A stretch of 40,800 nucleotides of DNA. Origin: Octopus bimaculoides (taxonomy: Eukaryota). Below are positions 11,131-23,630 of this stretch, one piece after another. The stretch spans positions 2,246,329-2,287,128 of the forward strand of contig NC_068982.1 in the NCBI RefSeq assembly GCF_001194135.2. The letters run 5' to 3'. Position 1 is the stretch's first letter. Every line of letters starts with the position of its first letter. The translations under genes and the position numbers were made by a program. The notes beneath the pieces were generated by a model. That model was given only the letters and a program-made list of their open reading frames with translations. It made no database searches and had not been told where the DNA came from.

Positions 11131-13599
11131 GACAAAATATATATCCAGCAAATAATGTAACATCGCTTAACACATAAAGCGCGATGGGCCACGATCGTGG
11201 CCGTCAGGCACAGGTCGACAGTCCATGATCGTGGCCCAGATAGATGTGTAGTGGTTATATAGTCAGTACCAGGTGTTGATATGGCTGCGTATATATTATT
11301 ACAAGAGTTCATAAAGAGATGAATAAATTCAAGGCCTACATATTTACGACATAAACATTTTTTGTTTACTGGTTTATGATGATACATAGAATCAAAATGT
11401 AGAATCTAGTTGAATGAAGTAATCTATGCAAGAAGGTTCAGAGATAGAAAATGTATAAATGACAGCTAAATGGTGATTTTCAGTCATAAGGCGTAGAGAA
11501 ATAGACGGACATAGCAATGATGTGAATTGCTCAGAGTCTAATCGACTAAGAAGCGAAGAGCAGGGTTAGCCATCTGTTTTATTAATTGAACGCTAGACAT
11601 TCTAGAAACTTCCAAGAGAAACGCTAAGCTTCTTCAATAATTAAGAATCACGTCTCATGACACAGATGCTTTGAGAAACTTAGTAAAGGGAGGTTACACT
11701 ATATTCTTTCTTGCAAGGGAGATCATTCAACTCTTTAGCTACATAGACCACTACGGATGCATTTAACTTATGGGCGTTTGTTGGGGTCTAACATCACTCA
11801 AACGCTCCGATACCCCACAGAATGCAAGACGACTAAAAGTTCAACTAATGACTTTTCAGATGATGTATAACTTGCCACCATTATATCCTAAGAAAATATT
11901 TCGACTATTCTTCGTTTTTTATGTGTGCATGGTAGTTTCATTTTCATAAAATATGCTCAGCAGTCAATGCTATGTAGGTGCAAATCCCAGTACTTCCGGG
12001 GTTAATGACTGTTTCAAAATCCTTTGTCATCAATTTCGTAATTTTTTCTCCCTATAAATATTACGTCATGCCCCTATGTCCGTCTTCTGCCTTACAACAA
12101 TTAAAATATATACCTTTACTTTTTTCTGGTGGATAGCTGTAGAATTAGAGTTACGCATGATATTTTCTTGAGAGTTCAAATAGTATTTTACTTTTACGAG
12201 GAGGATATATTTCTTTTTTCAGCTTCATAAAGTTTCACTGTAATACAAAGTAACGTTTGAATGCTGGCAGAATTTAAGTATTCTCTAGTGTTTCTTTGTA
12301 TCACCATACGAACGCAGATGTTTCCATCTACTTGGAACACATCGGTAGCATACCTAGACAGTACTATTATGATGGAATTTAGGAGTAAATATTAAGCACT
12401 TCAAAGTTATTTGGTAAATAAGAAGACGAAAAGAAGGAGAGAATCAATCAACAATATTTTCATGCAACAAGTTGGGTGCATCAAATAACATTCCATTACT
12501 TTTTGTCTAGAAAATTCGTCAAAGTAAATTATTCTATAATATAGCCATATTCAATCTCGAAGAAGCAAAATAAAAATTTGCATAATCGAATCTAATTATA
12601 AATATTTTCTTATATTTTATTTACTGACTAAGTTACCTAGTTGTAATACATACGCCTGCCAAGCTGGAACTTATTGTAATATTGAAATGTTTTTCATACG
12701 ATGCTTTCGTGCTCCTGCCGACGTTTTGGTAAGCAAGAATGAAACTAGCATTTGATCCAAAATAGTTAGTTTCTATCTTCGACCTGCAATCAAAAATCCA
12801 TGAATACCAAATTGAATGTTTCATCCATACAATGAATATTTATCTGTAGAAATTTTCTGTAGAAATCACAGCCAGTACTGCAAGTTACGACGTCACGTAT
12901 CCAAATACTTCTACTAAACAACGCGATCGACGGTAGAATAGAGTTACTGAGGGTATATGCCAGGAATAAGTTTAGTACGTAATTTAATCTATCCAGTTGC
13001 GTTTAATATGGAATGTGAATTAATCATTTGCGCTGCACCGCTAATCTCAAAGGGTATTTAAGTAAGGAATTCGTGGATAGCTGATGGGTTGAACGTGGTG
13101 CTGATAAAAGGACAATAACTTTTGAAATATGCATATACACCCATTACCTGTTATTTCTATCGTCGATCGCATGATTCCCATAGACGTGTTCGTATACGAA
13201 ACATCGTACCTTGCTGTACTGGTTCTGAATTCTATAAGAAATCTATAGAGACAAACTGAAAATAGAGACATTTGCTCTCCCAACACAGAAGTGAGACACA
13301 GGATTGACTTGCAAAGCTTTAATGTATATGGTTGTATATTATGGTCATAAAACGAAATACTGTGTCCTTGTTATAAAATAACGTTTAAGTGTGTGTATGT
13401 GTGTGAGTGTGTGTATGTGTATACATATCCTTAGTGATAAGTATCGGAATTCTTAGTTACATCAATCTACTCTCTTGTTACCTGTGTTTCGCCTTTAGGT
13501 GCAGGGGCTTTTGATAACATGTATACAGGACCTGTGCACCAGCAAAATATGAAACTCTGAGTCAGAAGGGAGGGCGCGACCCAAATAAAAACCGTACAT

Positions 13600-13740
13600 A
13601 AACATGCATACATGAATATACACACACACACATACACACACACACAGACAGACACACACACACACACACACATACACACGCACACACACACACATATATA
13701 TACATACATATATATGTGTATATGTATGCATGTATATACT
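13600..13740. repeat. Compound (CA)/(TA) microsatellite
   Basis: Seen directly. Confidence 0.95.
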
Positions 13741-14653
13741 ACCATCGTTTTCATCAGCTGCTTCACTAACTCTTCTCCAACATATAACAAACGCCATCAT
13801 CGTGTAAGATTCGAAGCACTCAACTCATCTTGTAATTAAAATAATATAGCTAATTAAATTTGTGATGTATAATCATTGAACTAGACGCCCTTTCCATTTT
13901 CTAAAATGATACACACTTCTATCTCACGAAGCAAACTTCAATCGCTCTAACCAAAATATCGACTGCTCCTTTCCCTGGCTTTCTGCAAATTTATCTTCTT
14001 CAACAATCAATTATCTTCGCATATCAACAACGAAATCTCTTCTACATTCTTCAAGACAGCATAATGAAATGAGTTCAAGAAACGGCATCATGGTTCCCAA
14101 AATTCATTCATAGCCCATTTTTTTTAACAGAAACACTCTGTTAAAAACAGTCAACAAAATTATAAAAAAACCAATGCAATGACATATCTCAAAAGTAGAT
14201 TTAATAAAATGAAAGAAAATACAAATCCAAAATATGCAACGTCATAAAAACAGATTAAACCACCATAAAAATTGTAATAATGTCTGATATTATTTATACT
14301 ATAAAATTTAAATAATACAAGTAGATAAACAAGAGAATAGTTATACACACACACACACACATACTTGTCCGCGCGCGCACAAATACGGCAACATACGATT
14401 TAAAATTCATCCAAGTGAACATGTAGGAATATCACTTCCGGATGGAAATATGTTTATTAATTTCACTGCATCAAAATGTTGGAACTTCAAGCGTGCCATT
14501 AACCCTGGAATATGAAGTATATGCCATATTAATTATTTTAATATTTTTGTCTACAAAAAGCATAAATACAAAACAGACTATTGACTTTTGACATGCTATT
14601 AAACATATGTTTCAGATACTGACTTGAAAGTTTGACACAAGGCTAACATATTC

Positions 14654-14787
14654 ACTGGTGCTTATTTTATTTGACAGGATGAAAGGCAGAGTCGACTTGA
14701 GTAGAATTAGAACCCAAAACGTAAAGGCAGACGAAATGCGTCTGAGCATTTTGCCCGGAGTGCTAACGACGCTGCTAGCTTCCCACC
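14654..14787 (-). mobile_element. SINE family A, 5' two-thirds
   Basis: ggatgaaaggcagagtcgac...gacgaaatgcgtctgagcattttgcccggagtgctaacga. Confidence 0.88.
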
Positions 14788-14822
14788 TAATATATAAGTT
14801 AGATTATAATTTTGTGTCACAG

Positions 14823-15030
14823 GGCGGCGAACTGGCAGAATCATTAGTAGCCAGGACGAAATGCTTTGCGGTATTTCGCCAGTCGCTACGTTCTGAGTTC
14901 AAATTCCACCGAGGTCGACCATGCCTTTCATCCTTTCGGGGTCGGTAAAATAAGTACCAGTAGAGTGCTGGATTAGATTTAATCGACTGGACCCCTCCCC
15001 CAAAATGTCAGTCCTTGTGCCTATAGCAGA
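14823..15030 (+). mobile_element. Full-length SINE family A
   Basis: ggcggcgaactggcagaatcattag...gagttcaaattccaccgaggtcgaccatgcctttcatcctttcggggtcggtaaaataagtaccag...ccttgtgcctatag. Confidence 0.93.
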
Positions 15031-15097
15031 CATGATAATATTGTCTGAATAATTAATGTCACTTGCAATCATAACATCCTTTTAAAAGAAATACAGG

Positions 15098-15346
15098 NNN
15101 NNNNNNNNNNNNNNNNNNNNNNNNNNNNNNNNNNNNNNNNNNNNNNNNNNNNNNNNNNNNNNNNNNNNNNNNNNNNNNNNNNNNNNNNNNNNNNNNNNNN
15201 NNNNNNNNNNNNNNNNNNNNNNNNNNNNNNNNNNNNNNNNNNNNNNNNNNNNNNNNNNNNNNNNNNNNNNNNNNNNNNNNNNNNNNNNNNNNNNNNNNNN
15301 NNNNNNNNNNNNNNNNNNNNNNNNNNNNNNNNNNNNNNNNNNNNNN
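15098..15346. other. Assembly gap (N run)
   Basis: N run; its right edge falls inside a SINE. Confidence 0.99.
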
Positions 15347-15490
15347 CACATTATGCCGAGGGCCGCTTTGACATGTACCATTTTGGGGTCGATAAAATAA
15401 GTACCACTTGAGAACTGTAGTCAACGTAATCGACGTACCCCGCCTCCTTCAAAGTTGCTGGCTTTGTGCCAACATTTGAAACCAATATCA
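15347..15490 (+). mobile_element. SINE family A, 3' half (5' part in the gap)
   Basis: ggggtcgataaaataagtaccac...gctggctttgtgccaacatttgaaacc. Confidence 0.85.
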
Positions 15491-16817
15491 TAATTTTACT
15501 TGTTTTTCCTATTTTCTGTAAAAAAAACTTTAGCTCAGTAGACCTATTAGAAAGCCACAAAGTTGTTCATCACTATAAACATAACTGAATACACACAAAT
15601 ATATGCCACTCACTCAAATTGACAATACAAAAGCAAAAATGAAATAAAATGAAACAATTTTTTTCTTATTTAACGAAATTTATCTAAAAATTCATTAGAA
15701 TGATATGAACTAGAATCGACAACTAAAAACTAATGTTAAAATGAAAACACTTTGATATATTAAAATTTCAGATTTTGATCGACTGCTATCATTTTAATCT
15801 TTTCCTTGTCGCTGTTTTTTTCTAAAATTTTTCACTTACGACTGTTTTTTAACACACCAGTAACGTTCATCACGGTTAGAATGCTAAGTACTACTGTATA
15901 TTGCGGTATGGAACACAACAGAAATTTCTGTAGTACGAATAGTACTTGTCAAACATCAGTCATAAGTATTCTAAATATTTAATGGAAGATTGAGACGCAG
16001 CCTCTTGTGACTTCTACTAGCTAGACATAAATCAAATATACGGATACAGTCACCACTATCACGTTTTCCAAAATTATCTCCATTAACATGAACCCCTTGA
16101 ACGGAAAGACAAAAAGCAAAAAAACTTTTGTCTTAAACTTACATCGTTTCGATTTAGGGTTCGGAGGCCTTAATGCACACTATACAATAATCAGTAGAGT
16201 TTTTAGCAAGACAAATCTGATTTAAGAAATATTACAAATTCACTACAAAACGAAATTTGAAAATTCATATATTTCAAGACACCAGATTTAGACGAAATTT
16301 CCCCCAAGCAGGAGAAAGAATAAAAATTTTAAAAAGACATTCTTAAATGGGTGGACTGTTTCACTATGCTATACGTTTCAAATTGGACTATGTCGAGTTG
16401 TCCTAGCGGACTTGAGGCTGAAGTAGAACGTACTTGGTCCCTGCACCTCAATTATATACTGGACAACATGGATAGGAAGCAAACACCTTAACCGTAGAGA
16501 CAAGTATTTTTCTCTGATGGTCTTGTGATATATATTGATGCATATTAATATACTATAACAAATTTTATTGAACGTAATCATCTGATATGTGAAGTATTGG
16601 CGATCATGTTTGACCATATTTAGATATTTAGCACGATAACAACAATACCCAATTAACGGCATGAATCAATCACAGTTTCAAATAAAATTTGCGAAACGTT
16701 TTCTCATTCGGAGAAGTCGATCAATATGTTCCATAATCGGTCATTGAGATCTGCATAAATTATAACTTACATATAACATCATGTTTACTTAAATTCGTAA
16801 ATAAAATACGTATGATA

Positions 16818-17037
16818 ATTATTCTTTTCTACTCCAGGCACAAGGCCCGAAATTTGTTTAGGAGGGGTGCCAGTCGATTACATTAACGCCAGTACACACC
16901 TGGTACTTAATTTATCAACCCCAAAAGGATGAAAGGCAAAGTCGATCTCGGCGGAATTTGAACTCAGAACGTAAAGAAAGACGAAATACCGCTCAGCATT
17001 TCATCCATCGTGTTCACGATTCTGCCTGCTTGCCGCC
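16818..17037 (-). mobile_element. Full-length SINE family A
   Basis: aggcacaaggcccgaaattt...aaggatgaaaggcaaagtcgatctcggcggaatttgaactcagaacg...gattctgcctgcttgccgcc. Confidence 0.93.
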
Positions 17038-18029
17038 TTAGTTATAATAAATATTGAATCTCTGCTTATTACTTCAAGCCAGCGCAGTTTGATCTCCTCT
17101 AAGTTTTGTCTATGAAGCCTAAAATATGACAGGGGTTATCATCCTTAAACCCTAAACTTGCAATGAATGTAATTCTAATTGATGGAGAACAATAAATCAT
17201 ATCTTTAAAATATTTTTCCAGAAAGTCAAATTGGTCAAAAGGTCAGGGTATATCAGTATAACATAGTTTATATGAAATAATACATCTGAGAGCGGTATTA
17301 GTTTGTGACAAGGCTTAGTAGACACGTGGACAAGTATCTTCTATATCAGCATTGATATCTTGCACGATTCTCATTGGAATTTATTGTTCTAATTTAAAGT
17401 AATGCTGATGTGACAAAGTCTACACCGAATTGCCTTTCAGACAACGGGATGCCTAAAATTATGGAGCAAATCATATAAGCTCTTTAAAGAAAACCTTTGA
17501 CAATTTCCATTCAGTTGAACTCATTGGCAGAGGTAAACTGCTTTACAAAATGTAATCAAAGCTAAAACGAGGAAAATCAATCTACGGAACTAGAGAATAT
17601 ATATTTACGAAAACTATTCTAATTTGAATTTACTTTCAGAATTCAATTATAACATTTAGTAATTTATTTATTATAAATGCTAATAGAGTAGCATAGCTGG
17701 AAATAGTTGTATTTCATGAGGATATGAGTTCATATATCTTTAGAATGATCTGGGAATGAATATCAGGGAAAAAACCTGATATCTAATATTATTCCCGAAA
17801 AGTCAGTTAAATCTGAGATGTGTCTGAAATTCTCTTGTGCTATATAAGCTCTCAAACCGATTGCATTTGAATACAGGCTGATAGCACTACCTTGACAAAA
17901 TTAAACATGGTTTTGTATTCTTAACAGGGTTTTAGCATCCATGTAGAAAAACATAATTTAAGCTTGGAAAAACCATGTGCGAAATCCTAGAATTTTGACA
18001 CTTTTGTGAATTCAGGTATTATACGCAAG

Positions 18030-18046
18030 CAAACGCGCGCAGACAC

Positions 18047-18090
<44 letters not shown>

Positions 18091-18110
18091 GCACACACAT
18101 ACACACACAA
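18030..18110. repeat. (CA)n microsatellite
   Basis: Seen directly. Confidence 0.95.
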
Positions 18111-18548
18111 ACGCATTCAAGCTATTTGATAATGTGTCTCGCTTTTAAAATTGATTTACTACAGTACGAAAATAAGGCTAGAAATGAGCAATGTAATGAA
18201 TCAAATTCCAAAGTTACATTGCTAAAGTTATTTGATTCTAGATGGAAATTGAACGAACATTGAATAGTTTTGAGATTATGAAAAATACTCGTAATATGTT
18301 CTCTAGAAACCTAGCTGTAAGACAAAATCGAAGACAATACCGAAATAATTTACACATTCAAGCAATAGTAACTTGTATAAACGGATGCCATATTTTTAAA
18401 CGAACAACTTGTATGAAATGTGGAAATTCGAGACAAGGCACGACGGTTATTCACTTACAAACAACGTAGGTATTTAAGCATACATGTTAGTAAAGCGCAT
18501 TAAACTATCATATTCGTTGTATTGGTTTAGACACTAATATTATAAATA

Positions 18549-18750
18549 CAGTAATCCTTCGCCATATCGCGGTTAATTATTTAAGCTTACATCGATCCCT
18601 CTGTGGTATTGTTTCGCCTTTATGATAAAATAAATGTATACAAATTATAAAAACAATACAAATATATACAGTACTGTTTCTACTTCGGGGATTTTCACCT
18701 ATCGCAGGGGTTTTGGGAAGGTAACACCTGCGATAATCGAGGGATTACTG
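18549..18750. mobile_element. 202-bp MITE of Tigger/pogo (Tc1-mariner) type with TA TSD
   Basis: TA|CAGTAATCCTTCGCCATATCGC ... GCGATAATCGAGGGATTACTG|TA. The inverted termini of ~22 bp are near-perfect, and CAGT ends with a TA duplication are typical of Tigger/pogo MITEs. Confidence 0.9.
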
Positions 18751-19743
18751 TATTCATATATTTTCATGTATAGTCGCATATAAAAGTGAATTTTCAGAAT
18801 ATACTTAATTAAACTCTAATTTTAATTTATTTTCTCTAACACTAATTAATCCTCTCTAATCCGAAACTGATTATCTTTCAAGAATATTTAAAAGATTGGC
18901 ACCATTCACTTATTGGCAACCTCAGTTACAAATACATGAATATAATAGAAATGCTATAATTTTGAGACCAACCAATGACCAATTAATTTTGCTATTATTT
19001 GTGCATTGTAAGAGAGCAAATTTGAGAATGCGAATCAAATCGTCATCTAATGGTCCCTTTTAGGGAAAAGGGTCCCAGTGTTGTTAGGGTTCATGTTAAA
19101 ATATTTAGTGTCAATAAAGATGTATTTGATAATCTGTTCTCGTTATCATAACTTTTTTTGCAAGCTAGTTATATTCATATTTTCCACTCGTTAGCGGATA
19201 TGTTAAATATTCATTAGGTGTTTTTAGTTTTCAACATCAATTATAATAAATCATTTTGCTTTGTTTATAGATTTTTGCATAACAAATACAATATTCCCTC
19301 ACGAAACAACTAAATGACTCTGTGTCAATTAAAAACGAAAAGTACCAATAAAAATATTTTAGATTCTTCGTTGCAACGGCATTTTTGTTCTTCTTTAGCT
19401 ATATTGTATTTCTGAGTCAAGTGTTGTAATATTAATGATCCCACAGTTGCGTAATTGATGGGAAACTACTCTTTCAAGAAATTGATACCACATTACGGTT
19501 TCGAATTTGCCAGTAAACTACATTTTACTGTACGATGTGTAACATACATTTATGTAATATCTATTAAATCTATTCATTATATATATTGTCATAGGTAACT
19601 GAATCATCGCCCTTTGCTTTTGCAATACTTGGTCACTAAATCTCTAAGTAGTACTTGTACCTGACTAATTTCGCCGATCACCACAGCACCATTTGAAAAA
19701 TATACAACCAGTTGAATGCTATATTAATATTTTTGTGTAGAAA

Positions 19744-19953
19744 AGGCGGCAATGTGGCAGAAATGTTAGCACACCGGGCGAAATGCTTAGCAGGATTTCG
19801 TCTGTCTTTACGTTCTTAGTTCAAATTCTTAGTTCAAAGTCCACCGAGATCGACTTTGCATTTCATCCTTTCGGGGTTGAGTACTGGGGTTGATTTAATC
19901 GACTGGCCCCCTCCCAAAAAATTTCGGGCCTTGTGCTTAAAGTAGAAAAGTAT
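19744..19953 (+). mobile_element. SINE family A with 13-bp TSD
   Basis: Flanked by tttttgtgtagaa at 19730-19742 and 19955-19967. It has an internal ttcttagttcaaa duplication and a deletion in the core. Confidence 0.93.
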
Positions 19954-20198
19954 GTTTTTGTGTAGAAGTATCTATAATATTATTAACCTTAGATTGCTGT
20001 CAATGAAAATTTAGACTTCAGTAATTTTTGTAATCAGGAGAAAATCTCTGCGACAAAATTCTGAATTGCATTTTCTTCGTCACTTAATTGTACAGCAATC
20101 TTTAACACCCGGTTGACTGAAATATATCAATTTAGAAACAATTGCCCTGCTCACTATATAATCTGATCGTTTATGTTTTATTTCAAACTAGTTCCAGT

Positions 20199-20235
20199 CC
20201 CTAGACTGCTGCCATGCTGAAGCACCACTTTGAAG
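20199..20235 (-). mobile_element. Short SINE family B tail fragment
   Basis: gactgctgccatgctgaagcaccactt resembles gactgcggccatgatggagcaatgcatt at ~31410. Confidence 0.55.
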
Positions 20236-21222
20236 AATGGACAGTTTTTTTTTCTCCCTAATTCACTTTCTCAAATATGGAAAAGTGTCGAGATTAAACG
20301 CATTGCCACGCCCCCAGAAAAAAACAATGTGTCCACATAAATAAAAAACCCATCAAATTGATGGAAACTTTAACAGATTCCTTTCCCACATTTCTCTCCG
20401 TTTTCCTTGCGTCTTTCTCTTTGGCTCTCACGAGGATACTTACATCTCTAAACTGCTCTGTCATTTTATCGCTCTATTTTCGATATAATGATCACTGTTA
20501 GATATATGGAGACATTATTATTATTATTGCAACGGAGAACATCTTAATGCAACATTAGTGAATATCCTCTTCTGAAATATTCGTGCGAATTTGCAATCAT
20601 TAACAGGTCGAAATTACGAAATAAATCTACAACAGTTAAGATCAGATCATTAAAAAGGAAAGGAAAAACACCTTTAAATATTTAGAATGTTTGTTATTGG
20701 ACATCGTTCCTCCGAACCCAAATGTAAAACAGTTTCACATGAATTACTCAATAATACAAAAATCAAATAAAAAAAATAATCATTAAACGCAACAAAAAAT
20801 AAACATCAAGAATAAATAACAATGTGTTAAGGCAAAAGCGATAGTTAAAAAAACAAACAAACAAACAATACAAATAAAATTGGCAAGACAATAAATCAAA
20901 TGGATGGAATTAGAGGAATTAGAATGTGTTAACACAGCGGAGGATCGATAAATGAATTAAAATTAAAAAAAAAACACAATAAAAAAGAAACAACATTTAA
21001 AGAAAAAATATGCAAGAAAAAATAAATGAAAATAATACAAATGAAAAGCTCTATCAAATAAAATTATCACATAGAATTGAAGATGAGCAGAACGTACATA
21101 GGATAGAATACGCTAGGAAATTAATGTATTTTTCTTTTCTTAACGAGTAATGCTCTCCTATCATTTACATCTTATTCTCATACACATTAGATGCGTTAGA
21201 AGATATGCAGATGTATACAAGT

Positions 21223-21225
<3 letters not shown>

Positions 21226-21266
<41 letters not shown>

Positions 21267-21307
21267 NNNNNNNNNNNNNNNNNNNNNNNNNNNNNNNNNN
21301 NNNNCAC

Positions 21308-21388
<81 letters not shown>
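21226..21388. repeat. (TA)n - N-gap 21267-21304 - (TG)n
   Basis: Seen directly. Confidence 0.97.
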
Positions 21389-21389
<1 letters not shown>

Positions 21390-21630
21390 CTACGTACATA
21401 CAGGTAGACATCGATACATATATTGAAACATATTGAGAGATGGAAAGATTTATGCTGAGCCATAAAAGATATATTCAAGAACTTACTATACCTTTCTCCA
21501 GTCTCTCTCTTCTGCATAATGACGCATATATAAATGCCCATTCACATTAAATCTAGAACGTACACAACATAAAAACACGATCAGCCACTACACGTGCAAA
21601 TATGTAATTGCTTAAGGCAGAAACATAGCA

Positions 21631-21960
21631 ATGGACCAGCTAAAATTTCCTTATGCGCCGGACACCCTCGTCCGTAACGCAGAGCAGAAAACGATAAACA
21701 AATACAGACGACTGACCGGATGCTCTCAGTTTGTGCCGGTCACCGTTGAGACCTCACTTATTCTCGGACCCCGGACTGTCGATATCCTTCGCAAAATCGG
21801 GATAACTATGGCCTGTGTGAGAAATGATGCCTATGAGGTGAGCTGGCCGCTCTCTACGGCAATACTTTTGCAATCATGTCTGCGATGCACAGTTACGTAC
21901 GCCATTTGTTCTGGTGAGGTGCAACTCGTCCCTCTCTCTCTCCTTCAAAAACAAAAAAGC
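21631..21960 (+). mobile_element. 3' end remnant of a CRE-like non-LTR retrotransposon (C-terminal restriction-like endonuclease region)
   Basis: ORF 21631-21972 reads AEQKTINKYRRL...FVPVTVETSLILGPRTVDILRKIG...RNDAYEVSW.LS.AIL. This parallels the motif series I recall from CRE-clade ORFs (AE..K..KY..L..FVP.AVET.G..GP....L..IG...RLS.AI.RGN). It is a GC-richer island ending in an A-rich run at ~21947-21958. Confidence 0.7.
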
Positions 21961-22001
21961 CCGATAGCATAAATATCAAGCTTCAAACAATAAGTAGACG
22001 A

Positions 22002-22087
22002 TTGATTTGTTCGACTCAGGTCCCTTAAGGCGGTGCCCCAGTATGGCCGCCGTCTAATAGCCGAAACAAATAAAGGATTAAATAAAT
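22002..22087 (+). mobile_element. SINE family B tail fragment
   Basis: ttgatttgttcgact...aaggcggtgccccagtatggccgccgtctaatagccgaaacaaataaagg. Confidence 0.8.
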
Positions 22088-22613
22088 TATAAAAGCTATG
22101 TGTATGCGTGTATGAAATATAGTAACATTTCAGATTCTGTTTGTATGCGTATTCCTTTATTTTAGACAACACATTGTCACGCTAGAATGTTTCGAATTGT
22201 ATTCTGTTCGAGAAGCAGCCTATCTCAAGATTTTTCATGCAAAACTGATTCGTACAATTCTCGAAACGCAAGAATATTTTCATAGCTAAACCAATACTGT
22301 TCGACAGATTGTCATTACTGGCGACAAAAGGATCAAAAAACAAAACACAAGACCTTGCATGTCACGCAAATACAAACGTAGATGGTACACACACATGCAC
22401 ACACACACACACACACATGCACAAGCACTTATACATTAATCCGACACATTCATAAAGCGTAACACAATGTTCAATAGTACAAATATTTATCACATCTAAA
22501 TGAACATAAAGAAAGAACATGCAAAATTCATGATTGGCATCCGTCTTTGATAGATCTCACCTTCTATTATGAACTTCATCTTGTTCTCTCATACGATTTC
22601 TTTAGTTCTCCAT

Positions 22614-22684
22614 GTCTCTCCGTCTCTCTGTCTCTCCGTCTCTCTGTCTCTCCGTCTCTCTGTCTCTCCGTCTCTCTGTCTCTC
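22614..22684. repeat. 16-bp minisatellite (ctccgtctctctgtct)x4
   Basis: Seen directly. Confidence 0.9.
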
Positions 22685-23006
22685 AGTTTCTATCTCTCTT
22701 TCTCTATATTTCTGTAACTATCTTTTTCTTTCTGATACACGTTCTCTCTCACATACATTTAGATATTTTGTATGCATGTATGTACTCACACGCACACGCA
22801 TACATGCACACACACGAAGGAGTGTTGAAACGTTCCTGGCTTTGTGTAACAGAATATACAGGAGGAGCAGTTAATCTAGGGTTTTTCAACATATTCCCGT
22901 TCGGTCCTTCAGTTTTTCTAAGCCCTGTAAAAGAGCTCGGAAGTTAGGGTCTTCAGCCTGGCCTTTCGCGATACTCCTCAAATCAAGAACATTTCAGCAC
23001 CTCATC

Positions 23007-23047
<41 letters not shown>

Positions 23048-23514
23048 NNNNNNNNNNNNNNNNNNNNNNNNNNNNNNNNNNNNNNNNNNNNNNNNNNNNN
23101 NNNNNNNNNNNNNNNNNNNNNNNNNNNNNNNNNNNNNNNNNNNNNNNNNNNNNNNNNNNNNNNNNNNNNNNNNNNNNNNNNNNNNNNNNNNNNNNNNNNN
23201 NNNNNNNNNNNNNNNNNNNNNNNNNNNNNNNNNNNNNNNNNNNNNNNNNNNNNNNNNNNNNNNNNNNNNNNNNNNNNNNNNNNNNNNNNNNNNNNNNNNN
23301 NNNNNNNNNNNNNNNNNNNNNNNNNNNNNNNNNNNNNNNNNNNNNNNNNNNNNNNNNNNNNNNNNNNNNNNNNNNNNNNNNNNNNNNNNNNNNNNNNNNN
23401 NNNNNNNNNNNNNNNNNNNNNNNNNNNNNNNNNNNNNNNNNNNNNNNNNNNNNNNNNNNNNNNNNNNNNNNNNNNNNNNNNNNNNNNNNNNNNNNNNNNN
23501 NNNNNNNNNNNNNN

Positions 23515-23546
<32 letters not shown>

Positions 23547-23630
23547 CATACATAGAGAGAAAGAAACAGAGAAACAGACAGACAGACAGACAGATAGTTA
23601 GATAGATAGATGGGTAGATAGATAGATATG
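23007..23630. repeat. (TA)n - N-gap 23048-23514 - (TA)/(GACA)/(GATA)
   Basis: Seen directly. Confidence 0.95.

Noticed and set aside
13470-13560. Strong-looking acceptor tttcgcctttag|G followed by GAGAFDNMYTGPVHQQNMKL*
   Set aside because: There is no convincing donor, no recognisable protein similarity and no supporting neighbouring exons.
14658-14948. 96-aa ORF, and similar ORFs at 29499, 29914 and 33081
   Set aside because: They are read-throughs of SINE sequence with no protein-family motifs.
16394-16495. Short ORF MSSCPSGLEAEVERTWSLHLNYILDNMDRKQTP
   Set aside because: Only 33 codons, with no homology or splice context; expected by chance.
22890-22980. Possible hammerhead ribozyme (ctgaaga and gaaa on the minus strand)
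   Set aside because: Motif order and spacing do not fit type I, II or III hammerhead topology.
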